Notes under the pieces: generated by a model
Database searches by the model: none
Seen by the model: only the letters and a program-made list of their open reading frames with translations
Told to the model about the DNA's origin: nothing
In this document: positions 23,049-33,039 of the stretch, piece after piece
Numbering within the stretch: position 1 is the first letter of the stretch
How the letters are laid out: every line of letters begins with the position of its first letter
Origin: an uncultured delta proteobacterium
GTDB lineage: Bacteria > Myxococcota_A > Polyangia > Polyangiales > Polyangiaceae
Assembly: GCA_963841435.1 (NCBI GenBank)
Contig: CAWJCS010000003.1
Coordinates: 1,248,001-1,312,000, forward strand
Direction of reading: 5' to 3'
Length of the DNA stretch: 64,000 nucleotides
Position numbers and translations under genes: made by a program

Positions 23049-23116
23049 TTAAATCGAAGCCTTGATGGTGGGCGGGGAGGACGTGGCGCGGGAAGAGTGT
23101 GATGACTCGTGTACGT

Positions 23117-23476
23117 CTAGAACTTGAGACCGGCTTCACGGGCCGCGTCGGCGAGGGCCTTGATTCGACCGTGATAGAGGTAGCCGTTGCGGTCGAAGAC
23201 CACCTTGTCGATCTTGCGCTCGAGGCAAATCTTGGCAATGAGGGCGCCCACTTTCTTGGCGGCGTCCGTCTTTTTGTCCTCACCGAGCGTCCCCTTGAGG
23301 TCGCGCGAGAGGGTGGAGGCGGCCGCCAGGGTGCGTCCGTCCGAGTCGTTGACGACCTGGGCGTAGACATGGCGCCCGCTGCGAAAGACGCTGAGGCGCG
23401 GGCGCAGGTCGCTGCCCGATATCTTGGTGCGGATGCGAAGCTTGCGCCGCGTGCGGCCGGTGAGTTCGGATGCCAT
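23117..23476 (-). CDS. rplR: 50S ribosomal protein L18
   Basis: [37 protein letters not shown]. Confidence 0.97.
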   Translation of the reverse strand: MASELTGRTRRKLRIRTKISGSDLRPRLSVFRSGRHVYAQVVNDSDGRTLAAASTLSRDLKGTLGEDKKTDAAKKVGALIAKICLERKIDKVVFDRNGYLYHGRIKALADAAREAGLKF

Positions 23477-23485
23477 CGGGTGCCT

Positions 23486-24076
23486 CTACTTTGACTTGGC
23501 CTTGGCGGCCTTGCCCGCCTTGCGACGAATCGCCTCGCCGCGGTAGCGAATGCCTTTGCCCCCGTAGGGCTCCGGCGGGCGCAGGGCGCGAATGGTCGCC
23601 GCCGTCTGGCCGAGCACCGACTTGTCGGGGGAGCTCATGACGAGCTGCGTGCCCTTGGAGTCCGGCGGCACGACGGCCGAGACCGCCGCGGGTAGCTCGA
23701 CGATGGCAGGGTGGGAAAAGCCGAGCTGCATGGTGAGGGTCCGACCCTTCACCTCGCAGCGATAGCCCGTGCCAACGAGCTCGAGTGTGACCTCGAAGCC
23801 CACGCTCGCGCCCCTCAACATGCTCGCAACGAGCGCGCGGCCGAGACCCTGCAGGCGGGCGCCGTCGCGGCCTTCTGCCGAGCTCTCGATGCGCACGGCC
23901 TCGCCTTCCTTCAGCGCGGCCACGTCAGGCGGCAGCTCGAGCGAGAGCTTGCCCTTCGGACCCTGCACCGAAATCTGGCGTCCCGCGATGGTGAGCGTCA
24001 CGCCCTTGGGAACGGCCACGGGGCGCTTGCCCACGCGTGAGACGCGCTTCGCGCTCTCGGCGACCGCGGGCTCCAT
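23486..24076 (-). CDS. rplF: 50S ribosomal protein L6
   Basis: SRVGKRPV, GPKG, LGFSHP, RPPEPYGGKGIRY. Confidence 0.95.
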   Translation of the reverse strand: MEPAVAESAKRVSRVGKRPVAVPKGVTLTIAGRQISVQGPKGKLSLELPPDVAALKEGEAVRIESSAEGRDGARLQGLGRALVASMLRGASVGFEVTLELVGTGYRCEVKGRTLTMQLGFSHPAIVELPAAVSAVVPPDSKGTQLVMSSPDKSVLGQTAATIRALRPPEPYGGKGIRYRGEAIRRKAGKAAKAKSK

Positions 24077-24480
24077 CACCACACCTCGCAAAGGAGCTCG
24101 CCGCCGACGCGGCGTCGGCGGGCTTCTTTGTCCGTCATCACGCCCTGCGACGTGCTCAGGATCGAGACCCCGAGACCGCTCAAGACGCGCGGGATCGAAT
24201 CGTGCCGTACGTAGACGCGGCGACCGGGACGCGACACGCGCCGGATGCCGTGGAACGCGCAATCGCCGCGATCGTTGCCGTACTTGAGCACGATCGTCAG
24301 TGTGCTGTGCTTCTTCGGGCCCCATTCCTCGACGCGAACGTCGGAAACGTAGCCTTCGACCTTGAGCAGCTCGGCAATGGCCTTGTTCACACCGCTTGCG
24401 GGAAGCCGTGTGAGCTCGTGGCGCGCCATTGCCGCATTGCGAATGCGGGCCAGCATGTCGGAGATGGGATCACTCGTCAT
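24076..24480 (-). CDS. rpsH: 30S ribosomal protein S8
   Basis: DPISDMLARIRN, VSRPGRRVY, GLGVSILSTSQG, GGELLCEVW. Confidence 0.97.
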   Translation of the reverse strand: MTSDPISDMLARIRNAAMARHELTRLPASGVNKAIAELLKVEGYVSDVRVEEWGPKKHSTLTIVLKYGNDRGDCAFHGIRRVSRPGRRVYVRHDSIPRVLSGLGVSILSTSQGVMTDKEARRRRVGGELLCEVW

Positions 24481-24496
24481 CAGTTGGCTCCGGGGC

Positions 24497-24682
24497 TTAC
24501 CAGCTGGCCTTGGTCACGCCCGGCAGCTCGCCGCGCAGGGCAAGCAGGCGCAGACAGATCCGGCAAAGACCGAAATCACGGTAGAAGGCCCGCGGACGAC
24601 CGCAGACCTTGCAGCGGTTCATGGTCCGCGTCGAGAACTTCGGCGGACGGTTCAACTTGGCCCATTGACTCGCGCGTGCCAT
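24497..24682 (-). CDS. rpsN: 30S ribosomal protein S14, 61-aa Zn-binding type Z
   Basis: [10 protein letters not shown]...[19 protein letters not shown]. Confidence 0.97.
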   Translation of the reverse strand: MARASQWAKLNRPPKFSTRTMNRCKVCGRPRAFYRDFGLCRICLRLLALRGELPGVTKASW

Positions 24683-24685
24683 GGC

Positions 24686-25246
24686 TCAGCTCCTGAAGGG
24701 CATCCCGAGCTGGGCGAGAAGCTCCTTGGCTTCCTCGTCCGTCGGGGCGGTGGTGACGAAGGTGACGTTCATGCCCTTGACCTTCTCGACTCGATCGAAG
24801 TCGATCTCGGGGAACACGATCTGCTCGCGCAGGCCGAGCGTGTAGTTGCCGGCGCCGTCGAACGCCTTGGCGCTCGTACCGCGAAAGTCGCGAACACGAG
24901 GCAGCGCCAGCGTGACGAGCCGGTCCAAGAACTCCCACATGCGCTCGCGGCGCAGCGTGACCATGGCGCCGATGGGCATGCCCTGGCGCAACTTGAAGGT
25001 GGCGATCGCCTTCTTGGCGCGCGTGATCACGGGCTTCTGGCCCACGATCGCGGTGAGCTCCAAGACTGCGGCATCGGCGAGCTTGGGGTTCGAAACCGCC
25101 TCACCGAGACCCATGTTCACGACGATCTTGCTCAGGCGCGGCACCTGCATCGGGTTCTTGTACCCGAAGCGCTTCATGAGCGCGGGCACGATGTCGCTCT
25201 TGTATTTGGCGCGCAGGCGCGGCTGGTACTCGGCAGGTTCGCTCAT
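24686..25246 (-). CDS. rplE: 50S ribosomal protein L5
   Basis: [38 protein letters not shown]. Confidence 0.97.
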   Translation of the reverse strand: MSEPAEYQPRLRAKYKSDIVPALMKRFGYKNPMQVPRLSKIVVNMGLGEAVSNPKLADAAVLELTAIVGQKPVITRAKKAIATFKLRQGMPIGAMVTLRRERMWEFLDRLVTLALPRVRDFRGTSAKAFDGAGNYTLGLREQIVFPEIDFDRVEKVKGMNVTFVTTAPTDEEAKELLAQLGMPFRS

Positions 25247-25560
25247 CGGCGCTGCTCCGGAATCTCGGCGCCGCCCTTGGCGACGCGCACCTTGCCCTCG
25301 CCCTTCGTCTTGTAACCGACGCGGGTGGGCTTGCCCGTGGTCGGATCCACCGGCATGACCTTGCTGAGCGCGATGGGCGCCTCGATCTCGAGGATGCCGC
25401 CGCCGCGCTGGGGCGTGGGCTTCACGTGACGCTTCACGCGGCGGACGCCCTCGACGATCACGGCGCCGCGCTCCTTGAGCAACCGCGTGACCTTGCCGCG
25501 CTTGCCCTTGTCGTTGCCGCTGATGACGACCACCTCGTCACCGACCGAGATACGCTGCAT
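25243..25560 (-). CDS. rplX: 50S ribosomal protein L24
   Basis: [31 protein letters not shown] at 25560. Confidence 0.95.
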   Translation of the reverse strand: MQRISVGDEVVVISGNDKGKRGKVTRLLKERGAVIVEGVRRVKRHVKPTPQRGGGILEIEAPIALSKVMPVDPTTGKPTRVGYKTKGEGKVRVAKGGAEIPEQRR

Positions 25561-25929
25561 CACAGCACCTCCGGAGCGAGCGAGATGATCTTCATGAAGC
25601 GCTTGGCGCGCAGCTCGCGCGCGACCGGGCCAAAGATGCGGGTTCCGACCGGCTCGAGCTGCGGGTTGATGAGAACGGCGCTGTTGTCGTCGAACTTGAT
25701 GTAGCTGCCGTCGCTGCGGCGGCACTCGCGCTTGGTGCGAACGACGACGGCCTTGGCCGTATCGCCCTTCTTCACCTTGCTGCCCGGGAGCGCCTCCTTG
25801 ATGCTGACGACGATCACGTCGCCGAGGCTCGGCGTACCGCCGTCGCGAGCCGCCCAGCACCTTGATGCACTGGACGAGCTTGGCGCCCGAGTTGTCCGCC
25901 ACGACGAGGAAGGTCTGCATCTGGATCAT
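25560..25929 (-). CDS. rplN: 50S ribosomal protein L14 (apparent +1 frameshift near 25830)
   Basis: [14 protein letters not shown] in one frame; FDDNSAVL...[13 protein letters not shown]...IISLAPEVL in another. Confidence 0.95.
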
Positions 25930-25937
25930 GGCAGCAC

Positions 25938-26228
25938 CTAGGAAAGCTCCTGAGCCGGGCGATCGATCAACCGCACGACCTCCCAGCTCTTCTCGCGCGA
26001 GAACGGCGAGCGCTCCTCGATCTCGACGCGATCGCCGACCTTGTATTCGTTCTTCTCGTCGTGCGCCTTGTAGCGCTTCCGCACGCGAACGTACTTCTTG
26101 TAGACGGCTTCGCGCTTGAACCGCACGACCTCCACCACGACGGTCTTCTGCATCTTGTCGCTCGCGACGCGCCCGATCAGGCGGCGGCGGCGGACCGTTT
26201 TATCGGTCGTTTCTTCGGCTTGGCTCAC
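25938..26228 (-). CDS. rpsQ: 30S ribosomal protein S17
   Basis: [29 protein letters not shown]. Confidence 0.96.
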   Translation of the reverse strand: MSQAEETTDKTVRRRRLIGRVASDKMQKTVVVEVVRFKREAVYKKYVRVRKRYKAHDEKNEYKVGDRVEIEERSPFSREKSWEVVRLIDRPAQELS

Positions 26229-26434
26229 GGCGTGCCTCCAGCGGCGGCGCGCGCTCGCTCACCCAGGATGAGCTGGATGCGTGCGAGGTCGCGCCGCGTC
26301 TTCATCAGCAGGCTCGTGTCCTCGAGCTGCCCGGTGTGGTTCTTCATCCGGAAAGAAAACAGATCCTTCTCGAGCTGAGCACGAAGCTCGCCGAGATCGT
26401 CCGTCGTTCGCTCACGCAAGTCCTTGGCCTTCAT
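26225..26434 (-). CDS. rpmC: 50S ribosomal protein L29
   Basis: MKAKDLR...LFSFRM..TGQL...RRDLARI. Confidence 0.95.
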   Translation of the reverse strand: MKAKDLRERTTDDLGELRAQLEKDLFSFRMKNHTGQLEDTSLLMKTRRDLARIQLILGERARAAAGGTP

Positions 26435-26443
26435 CGCGTACCT

Positions 26444-26863
26444 TCAGTCGCGCAACCGCGCGAGGAACCGGGTTTCGACCGGCAGCTTGGCCGCCGCGAG
26501 CCGGAAAGCGTCTCGTGCGTCCTTCTCGGCGACACCGGCGATCTCGAACAGCACGCGGCCTGGCTTGATCACCGCAACCCAGCCCTCGACGGCGCCCTTG
26601 CCAGAGCCCATGCGCACTTCGAGCGGCTTCTTGGTGACGGGCTTGTCGGGGAAGATACGGATCCAGAGCTTGCCGGCACGCTTGACGTGACGCTGGATCG
26701 CCATGCGGCCTGCCTCGATCTGGCGTGCGGTGAGATGCGACGCGCCGATCGCCTGCAGGCCGAAGTCGCCGAACGACACGTCGGAGCCGCGCCAGGCGAG
26801 CCCGCGGTTCTTGCCCTTCTGTTGCTTGCGGAACTTCGTCCGCTTGGGAGACATCTGCGACAT
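26444..26863 (-). CDS. rplP: 50S ribosomal protein L16
   Basis: [36 protein letters not shown]. Confidence 0.97.
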   Translation of the reverse strand: MSQMSPKRTKFRKQQKGKNRGLAWRGSDVSFGDFGLQAIGASHLTARQIEAGRMAIQRHVKRAGKLWIRIFPDKPVTKKPLEVRMGSGKGAVEGWVAVIKPGRVLFEIAGVAEKDARDAFRLAAAKLPVETRFLARLRD

Positions 26864-26866
26864 GGG

Positions 26867-27559
26867 CTACTCCAGGATGCGACGCGCCTTGCGCTGCAAA
26901 ACCTCACCCTTGAAGATCCAGACTTTCACGCCGATGACGCCGTAGGTGGTGCGGGCCTCGGCCTGGCCGTAGTCGACGTCGGCGCGCAGCGTGTGCAGCG
27001 GCACGCGACCCTCGCGGTAACCGTCGACGCGGCCCATCTCCGAGCCGCCGAGACGCCCGGCGCAGCGCACGCGAATGCCCTTGGCGCCGAACTTCATGGC
27101 CGTCGTCAGGGCCTTCTTCATGGCGCGGCGAAACGCGATGCGGCGCTCGAGCTGCGTCGCGATGTTCTCGGCGACGAGCTGCGCATTGGTCTCGGCCTTC
27201 CGGACCTCCTGCACGTCGATGAAGACCTCGTTTTGCGTGAGCGACTGCACGCCCGGGAACTTCGTCTCGCCCTTCGCGGCGGTTTCGAGATTGCCCGTCT
27301 TCAGGATCTCGATGCCCTTGCCGCCCTTGCCGATGACCATGCCGGGGCGCGCGGTGTAGACGATGACCTTCGCCTTGTTGGCGGCGCGCTCGACTTCGAC
27401 ACCGGCGACGTTGGCGTTGTAGAGGTACTCTTTCACCGCACGCTTGATGCGGATGTCCTCGTGCAGCCACTGAACGTAGCGCTTGTCCTCGTACCACTTG
27501 CTCGTCCACGTCTTGATGACGCCGAGCCGGAAGCCATAGGGGTGTGTTTTTTGTCCCAT
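26867..27559 (-). CDS. rpsC: 30S ribosomal protein S3
   Basis: [37 protein letters not shown]. Confidence 0.97.
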   Translation of the reverse strand: MGQKTHPYGFRLGVIKTWTSKWYEDKRYVQWLHEDIRIKRAVKEYLYNANVAGVEVERAANKAKVIVYTARPGMVIGKGGKGIEILKTGNLETAAKGETKFPGVQSLTQNEVFIDVQEVRKAETNAQLVAENIATQLERRIAFRRAMKKALTTAMKFGAKGIRVRCAGRLGGSEMGRVDGYREGRVPLHTLRADVDYGQAEARTTYGVIGVKVWIFKGEVLQRKARRILE

Positions 27560-27666
27560 GTTGCCTTAGACCAGCGCCGAAGCCCGCTGCGCACGAACCT
27601 CGAAGCGCGAACCGGTCGAGGCCCAGCCTCGACCCGAAACGACCTTGGAGCCTTGAACGAACCTCA

Positions 27667-28008
27667 TCACCGCTCGTCCAATTCAATCGAAATATGGCTG
27701 ATGCCCTTTTGAACCTGCGTGGCGCGCCCCTGCGCGCGCGGGCGCCAGCGGCGCATGTGGGAGTTCGGGCCCTTGTCGACGGCGCAGCGGCTCACGAAGA
27801 GCGTGTCGACGTCGATGTCGGGGCGCTTGCGCTTGGCGTTGGCAACGGCGCTCGCGAGCAGCTTCTTCACGAAGGGCGCGCCCGCCTTGGGCGTGAACTC
27901 GAGGAGCTGCAGCGCTTCCGCGGCATCACGACCACGGATGAGGTTGATGACCATCCGGGCCTTGCGCGGGCTGATACGCTGGAATCTGGCTGTAGCGCTG
28001 CTGATCAT
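27667..28008 (-). CDS. rplV: 50S ribosomal protein L22
   Basis: RISPRKARMV, SAVANA, RWRPRAQGRA, SHISI; ATG at 28008. Confidence 0.96.
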   Translation of the reverse strand: MISSATARFQRISPRKARMVINLIRGRDAAEALQLLEFTPKAGAPFVKKLLASAVANAKRKRPDIDVDTLFVSRCAVDKGPNSHMRRWRPRAQGRATQVQKGISHISIELDER

Positions 28009-28193
28009 GTCGAGGGTTTCCCTGGCCGAGACCCGTCGGCCCCTGGAGCGCGCGCCCGAGTGCGCGCGGTCCGCAGTCGCTCCGTCGAACCCGCGGCGTA
28101 CCAAAGGCGACTCGAGAGCCGCACCGCGAGCCGCTAGGGGGCGGCTGGCGAGCCCCGCCGGGCCGAAGCCCGTGGACCCGCAAAGGGGTGCGC

Positions 28194-28222
28194 TACCTAG
28201 CAGGGGTTTTTGGCGTGCGCAA
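28194..28222 (-). promoter_or_regulatory. Candidate promoter driving the detached rplV-spc-alpha segment
   Basis: Minus strand TTGCGC-N17-TAGGTA with an extended -10 TG; the same TGCTAGGT octamer lies upstream of the atp cluster (8066-8073). Confidence 0.45.
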
Positions 28223-28323
28223 GGGAAGCGGCACGCCGCGGACGATCCCTTAGCTTACCCCTGTTCCGATGAGCAGTGCCAAGGTCTTTGCTCCCGGCCC
28301 CCCGCGCCGGTAGGGGACCTTCG

Positions 28324-28815
28324 GTGGCGATTGAAATCCGAGCGGCGCGGCGCGGCGACGAGGGCACCCTGTTCGAGCTCGTGCTCGAGCTCGCTCGATT
28401 CGAGCACCTCGAGGGGGCCGTGACGGGGAGCTCCGAAGCGCTCGCCGGTGCCCTTTTCGGCGACCGACCGGCCGCCGAGGCGTTCCTCGCGCACGATTCG
28501 CGCGATGCGCGCGTGCTCGGCTACGCGCTCTTTTTCACGACCTATTCGACGTTTCTCACGCGGCGGGGCCTTTACCTCGAGGACCTCTTCGTCCGGGAAG
28601 CGGAGCGCGGGCGCGGCGTAGGGCGAGCGCTCCTCGGTCGGGTGGCGGCGATCGCGCATGAGCGCGATGCGGGCCGCGTGGAGTGGGCCGTGCTCGACTG
28701 GAACGTGAGGGCCATCGGGTTCTACGAGCGGGTCGGCGCGAGCGTGCTCCCCGACTGGCGCCTCTGCAGGATAGCCCCGGCAGGCCTCGCGCGCGGGACG
28801 AGCGACCGCGCCTGA
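28324..28815 (+). CDS. GNAT N-acetyltransferase (diamine acetyltransferase-like)
   Basis: YALFFTTYSTF, GLYLEDLFV...RGRGVGRALL, EWAVLDWN..AIGFY. Confidence 0.88.
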   Translation: MAIEIRAARRGDEGTLFELVLELARFEHLEGAVTGSSEALAGALFGDRPAAEAFLAHDSRDARVLGYALFFTTYSTFLTRRGLYLEDLFVREAERGRGVGRALLGRVAAIAHERDAGRVEWAVLDWNVRAIGFYERVGASVLPDWRLCRIAPAGLARGTSDRA

Positions 28816-28831
28816 GCGGGCGCTGGTGATC

Positions 28832-28852
28832 GATCCCGCTCCGGGCGGGATC
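28832..28852. terminator. Hairpin between the convergent GNAT and DUF481 genes
   Basis: GATCCCGC-N5-GCGGGATC inverted repeat; no U-tract. Confidence 0.4.
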
Positions 28853-28948
28853 CAGGCGCGTGCGCGAGTCGGCGCCGACGGCACGATGTGCGCCGTGGGC
28901 GACTTTTGCAACTGACGGGCGTTCCGGCCTCCGCGCGCGTGAGTCGCC

Positions 28949-29771
28949 TCAGAAATCGAGCTCGAGCGAGCTCTTCGATCTCCACGTCGAGTGGATCGAC
29001 GCCGGGGGGCACGACGGCCTCGCGGCGCACCTCGAGGTCGAAGCGGGACGCGAGCGTCTTGTTCACCGAGAGCTTCACGCCGAGCACACTGAGGAGCCAG
29101 TAGTCGCTGAAGTCGTCGAAGCGCGGCTGCACGTAGAGCGTCTCGCTCACCGAGACATTCTCTTCCTGGTGGAACTCCAGGCGCAGGTAGTTGTTCCAGC
29201 GCAGGGCGTTGACCTGGCGACGCCCCGGTACCTCGTCACCACGCCGCGTGACCTCGAGCATGGCGGAGGTGCCGTAATAGGCGTCGGTGAGCCTGCTCGA
29301 AAGGATCCGGAAACGAGGACCCGATCCCAGAAGCTCCCGCGATTTCAAGCTCCGAAAGCGATCCGTCTCGACCTGGGCGAACAGCTCGCCCCAAACACCT
29401 TGCGTGAACCGGTAGTTGTAGCGCGAGTGGGCGAAGGTATTCGCCACGTCGAGGGTGCCCTCCTGGCGCGAATAGTCTCCGGAGAGCGTGAGGTAGATGA
29501 GGTGCGGGCCCTCGGAGAGGCCGCCGAGCAGCGAGCCGCCGATCTCGAAGCCCTGCGAGTTTCCGGCACGGCCCGTGAGCGCGAAGCGCGCGTTCAGCGT
29601 GTGCCCCTGCGCGGCAAGGCGGGCCCGCATCGGCTCGACGTTGACCTGCGCCTGCACGACGCCGCCCCCGCACGCGAGCGAGGCGACGACACCTGCCATG
29701 GGCAGCGGCCTCACGCCGTCGCGTCTAGCAGCCTCCGCCGCCTTCGGCGAGCCCCGAGGGTTCCGCGTCAC
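28949..29771 (-). CDS. DUF481-like outer-membrane beta-barrel (start uncertain; +1 frameshift near 28977)
   Basis: QVNVE N-terminus, GNS, HSRYNY, ELFAQVETDRF, GSGPRF, YVQPRFDDFSDY; corrected C-terminus KSSLELDF*. Confidence 0.7.
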
Positions 29772-31116
29772 CGACCGGGCGGGCGTTCGGTGCCTGCCGC
29801 TCGGCGAGCGTCACCCCCACCGGACATGGCAAAAGCGTGAGCCCGCTCGCGGGGTACCCCGGCGCGTCCTCGGTGAGCGAGGGCTCGAAACGACCCGCAA
29901 GCCCTGCGACGAGCAGCGCATCCTCGATCTGAGCAACCTGTTGGCCCGGGCAGGTGTGGAGCCCTCCGCCGAACGGGAAGTACGCGTAGCGTGGCAGGCG
30001 CGCCCGGTCCGAAAGCCAACGCTCGGGTCGGAACGCCTTCGGCTCGTCGTACCAGCGCGACGAGCGGTGCACGGCCCATTGCGGGATTTGGAGCTCCGAG
30101 CCCTTGGGCAGGCGTACCCCGCCGAGCTCGACGGCGGCGTTCGTCGTGCGCCCGATGCGATGCGTCGGCGGGTAGAGGCGATAGGTCTCCTTGAGCACGG
30201 CGTTCAGGTAAGAAAGCCGCGGAAGCTCGTCGAGCGCGGGGAGCCGTCCGGCCACGTGCTCATCGAGCTCGGCGCGCAGACGCGAGAGCGCGGCGGGGTG
30301 CTTTGCGAGCAGATAGAGCGCCCAGCTCACCGCCGCGGCGGCCGTTTCGTGGCCGGCGAGCGCAATGGTCACGGCCTCGTCGCGCACCGCCGAAGGGCGC
30401 ATCGGGCACCCGTCGTGATCCTCGCCGCGGACGAGGCGGTCGAAGAACGTCGGCGGGCCGTCGGGCTCGGCGGCGCGGCGGCGGCGCAGCGCTTCGAGCG
30501 CTGCGTCGAGCCCGCGGATACGCTTCGCGTGGCGGCGGCGGTGAACGCCGGGCAAGAGGAACGTCCACGGCGCACGACGCGAGTCCTGCTCCACCTCGTG
30601 ACACATGAGCGCGACATCGCGGATGGTGGCCGAGAGCCCAGGCGACTCGACGCCGTAAAAAAAGCCGGTGAGCTGCGTCAGGCACACGTCGACCACCAGC
30701 TGGTAAACGTCATGCGTCCCGGGCGCGAGGTCGCTCAGCATGCGAGCGACACGTTGCGCGAGCATCTCCGTGTACGCCGCGTGGTGCGCGGGATGAAACG
30801 CCGGCTGAACGATGCGACGCCGGTGCTGGTAGCGAGCCCCGTCGGCGACGAGCAACCCCTCGCCGAAGATCCAGCGGCTGCCCTTCAGGAACATTGGCTT
30901 GTCGAACTTGGGCGCCTGGTGCACGAGCACCTGCTCGATGAGATCCGGCCCAGTGACGACGTAGAGCGGCCGGTGGTAAAGCCGGATGCGGACGAGCGGT
31001 CCGAGCTTTTCGCAGCGCTCGTACAGCCCGAACAGATCTCGATCGAAGTCTTTGGCGTGCCCCGAGATCGCGGAGGTCGCCGGAAGCGAAGGAAGCAAGG
31101 CGGGCGCGAGTAGCAC
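29725..31116 (-). CDS. Cytochrome P450
   Basis: AGHETAA I-helix, ETYR (ExxR), FRPERW, YFPFGGGLHTCPG heme motif; start placed at GTG 31116. Confidence 0.92.
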   Translation of the reverse strand: MLLAPALLPSLPATSAISGHAKDFDRDLFGLYERCEKLGPLVRIRLYHRPLYVVTGPDLIEQVLVHQAPKFDKPMFLKGSRWIFGEGLLVADGARYQHRRRIVQPAFHPAHHAAYTEMLAQRVARMLSDLAPGTHDVYQLVVDVCLTQLTGFFYGVESPGLSATIRDVALMCHEVEQDSRRAPWTFLLPGVHRRRHAKRIRGLDAALEALRRRRAAEPDGPPTFFDRLVRGEDHDGCPMRPSAVRDEAVTIALAGHETAAAAVSWALYLLAKHPAALSRLRAELDEHVAGRLPALDELPRLSYLNAVLKETYRLYPPTHRIGRTTNAAVELGGVRLPKGSELQIPQWAVHRSSRWYDEPKAFRPERWLSDRARLPRYAYFPFGGGLHTCPGQQVAQIEDALLVAGLAGRFEPSLTEDAPGYPASGLTLLPCPVGVTLAERQAPNARPVGDAEPSGLAEGGGGC

Positions 31117-31176
31117 GAAACCTGAGCCGGCGAATAGTGTCGCGGCGCCCGCTAGCGCGTCACTAGAGTGGCTCGC

Positions 31177-32163
31177 GTGAGCGAGCCCCGGACCAGCAGC
31201 AAGGCGGCAGCAGCGGACCACGAGCTGGAGGACCAGCTCGAGCACCGCTTCGTCGAGGTACCCGCGAGGGTGAAGAATGCTTCGACCAAGCTACGTCTTC
31301 ACTACGTGAGGACGCGCCCGTTTCCCGAGTGTTTCGCCGGGACGGACCCTCGAGCCGCACCGCTCACCGTCCTTTTGCACGGCTTTCCGGACTTCTGGTA
31401 CTCGTGGCGTCATCAGCTCGCCTTCCTCGCGGCGCGGGGCCTGCCCGCCGTCGCGCTCGACGTGAGGGGCTACGCTCGTTCCGATAAACCCCTGGGGGTG
31501 GAGCACTACGCCCCCGACGTGCTCGCCGAGGACGTGCGGCGCGTCATCGAGGCAAACGGCGCAGATCGCGCCATCATCGTCGGGCACGATCTCGGCGGGA
31601 TGCTCGCCTACGTGTTCGCGATGGAGCATCCGAGCATGGTGGAGGCGCTGATGGTGCTCAACTGTCCCCATCCGGGTCACCTGCTCCGGATGCTCGCCTC
31701 GCCGAGACAGTTGGCGAGGAGCTGGTACGTCTTCTTCTTCCAGCTGCCGGGGCTACCGCGCTGGTACCTCGGGGCGGGCAGGCTCTGGGCATTGCGCGAG
31801 ACGTATCGGCGATACCTCGCGACCCCGATGAACGAGACCGAGATTCAACGCTACGTGGACGCGCTGGGGGGCGCGTCCACGCAGGCGTGCCTCGACCACT
31901 ATCGGGCGTTGCTCAGGTGGTGGGTGAGCTTTGCCCAGAGGCCCCCGGCGCCGAGCCCGATCGTCACGCAGGTGCTCTGGGGAAAGAACGACCCCTTCCT
32001 CGGCGCGGAGTTCGCGCTGCCGCCTGCAGCGTGGCTCCCGTCGGCGCGCGTCACGCTCGTGGACGCGGGGCACTGGCCGCACCTCGATCGGCCCGACTTC
32101 GTGAACGCGGAGCTCGAGCGCCTGGTTCGGAGCGTGAGAGACGGTTTGCAGAGCGGGCCCTGA
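31177..32163 (+). CDS. Alpha/beta hydrolase, epoxide hydrolase-like
   Basis: LLHGFPDFWYSWRHQ, GHDLGG nucleophile, SWYVFFFQ, AGHWPH. Confidence 0.85.
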   Translation: MSEPRTSSKAAAADHELEDQLEHRFVEVPARVKNASTKLRLHYVRTRPFPECFAGTDPRAAPLTVLLHGFPDFWYSWRHQLAFLAARGLPAVALDVRGYARSDKPLGVEHYAPDVLAEDVRRVIEANGADRAIIVGHDLGGMLAYVFAMEHPSMVEALMVLNCPHPGHLLRMLASPRQLARSWYVFFFQLPGLPRWYLGAGRLWALRETYRRYLATPMNETEIQRYVDALGGASTQACLDHYRALLRWWVSFAQRPPAPSPIVTQVLWGKNDPFLGAEFALPPAAWLPSARVTLVDAGHWPHLDRPDFVNAELERLVRSVRDGLQSGP

Positions 32164-32175
32164 CGCCCGCCACGC

Positions 32176-33038
32176 TCAGGCGCCACGCGCCCAGGTGACG
32201 AGCCGCTGCGCGAGCTCCGGGCCGGCATCCTCCTGAACGAAGTGGCCGCCACGAATGCGAGCGTGAGGCTGCCCGGCCGCGCCCGGCACGTGCTCGATCA
32301 GCGGGCGATCGGCGCGCCCGAGGATCGGGTCGTCCCGACCGAACACGCAGAGGAATGGCTTGTCGAACCGACCGAGCGCATCCCAGGCGCGCTGGTTCGC
32401 GGCTGCGGCTGGGTCATCCTCGCTCGTCGGCACGAGCCTCGGGAACGCGCGCGCTCCCGCCTCGTAGGCCGCGCCGGGAAACGGCGCGTCGTACGCGCTC
32501 AGCTCCGCCGCACCGAGCGAGCGAAGGGTGGCGGCGCGAACGATGCGAGCGATGGGAAACCACGGCGAGTAGCGGGCGAAGGCGCGCCACACGAGAAAAC
32601 TCGGCGGCATGCGCCCCCGCCCCGTCGGCAAGAACCCATTCGACACCATGATGCGCGCGAACCGCTCGGGTTCTTCGCCCGCGAGGCGCAGCGCGAGCAA
32701 CGCGCCCCAGTCCTGGCAGAAGACCGTAACGTTCGTCAGACTCACGGCATCGAGGAACGTGCGCAGCCAAGCGAGGTGCGAGGCATAGCTGTAGTCCGAA
32801 ATGCTCGCCGGCTTGTCCGAGCGACCAAAACCGATGAAGTCGGGCGCGACGACGCGAAACCCGGCGGCCGCGAGCGGGCCTATCATCTTGCGATAGAGTA
32901 GCTCCAGGTGGGCTCGCCGTGGAGCAGCAGCACCGGACTTTCATGCCCAGATCTCCCGCTTCCGTCGCCCGGGCGGGCGCCTGCGTGCGCGGTCCTGGAC
33001 CACGCCTGGCCGCCGGCCCAAGATCGACGGCGGCCCAT
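32176..33038 (-). CDS. Haloalkane dehalogenase-like hydrolase; N-terminus atypical or truncated, frameshift near 32898
   Basis: [12 protein letters not shown] / [40 protein letters not shown]. Confidence 0.75.
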
Positions 33039-33039
33039 C

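Noticed and set aside
25243-25929. Apparent L14-L24 fusion (also apparent adk-infA and secY-adk read-throughs)
   Set aside because: Explained by single-base indels; each protein is recoverable by changing frame.
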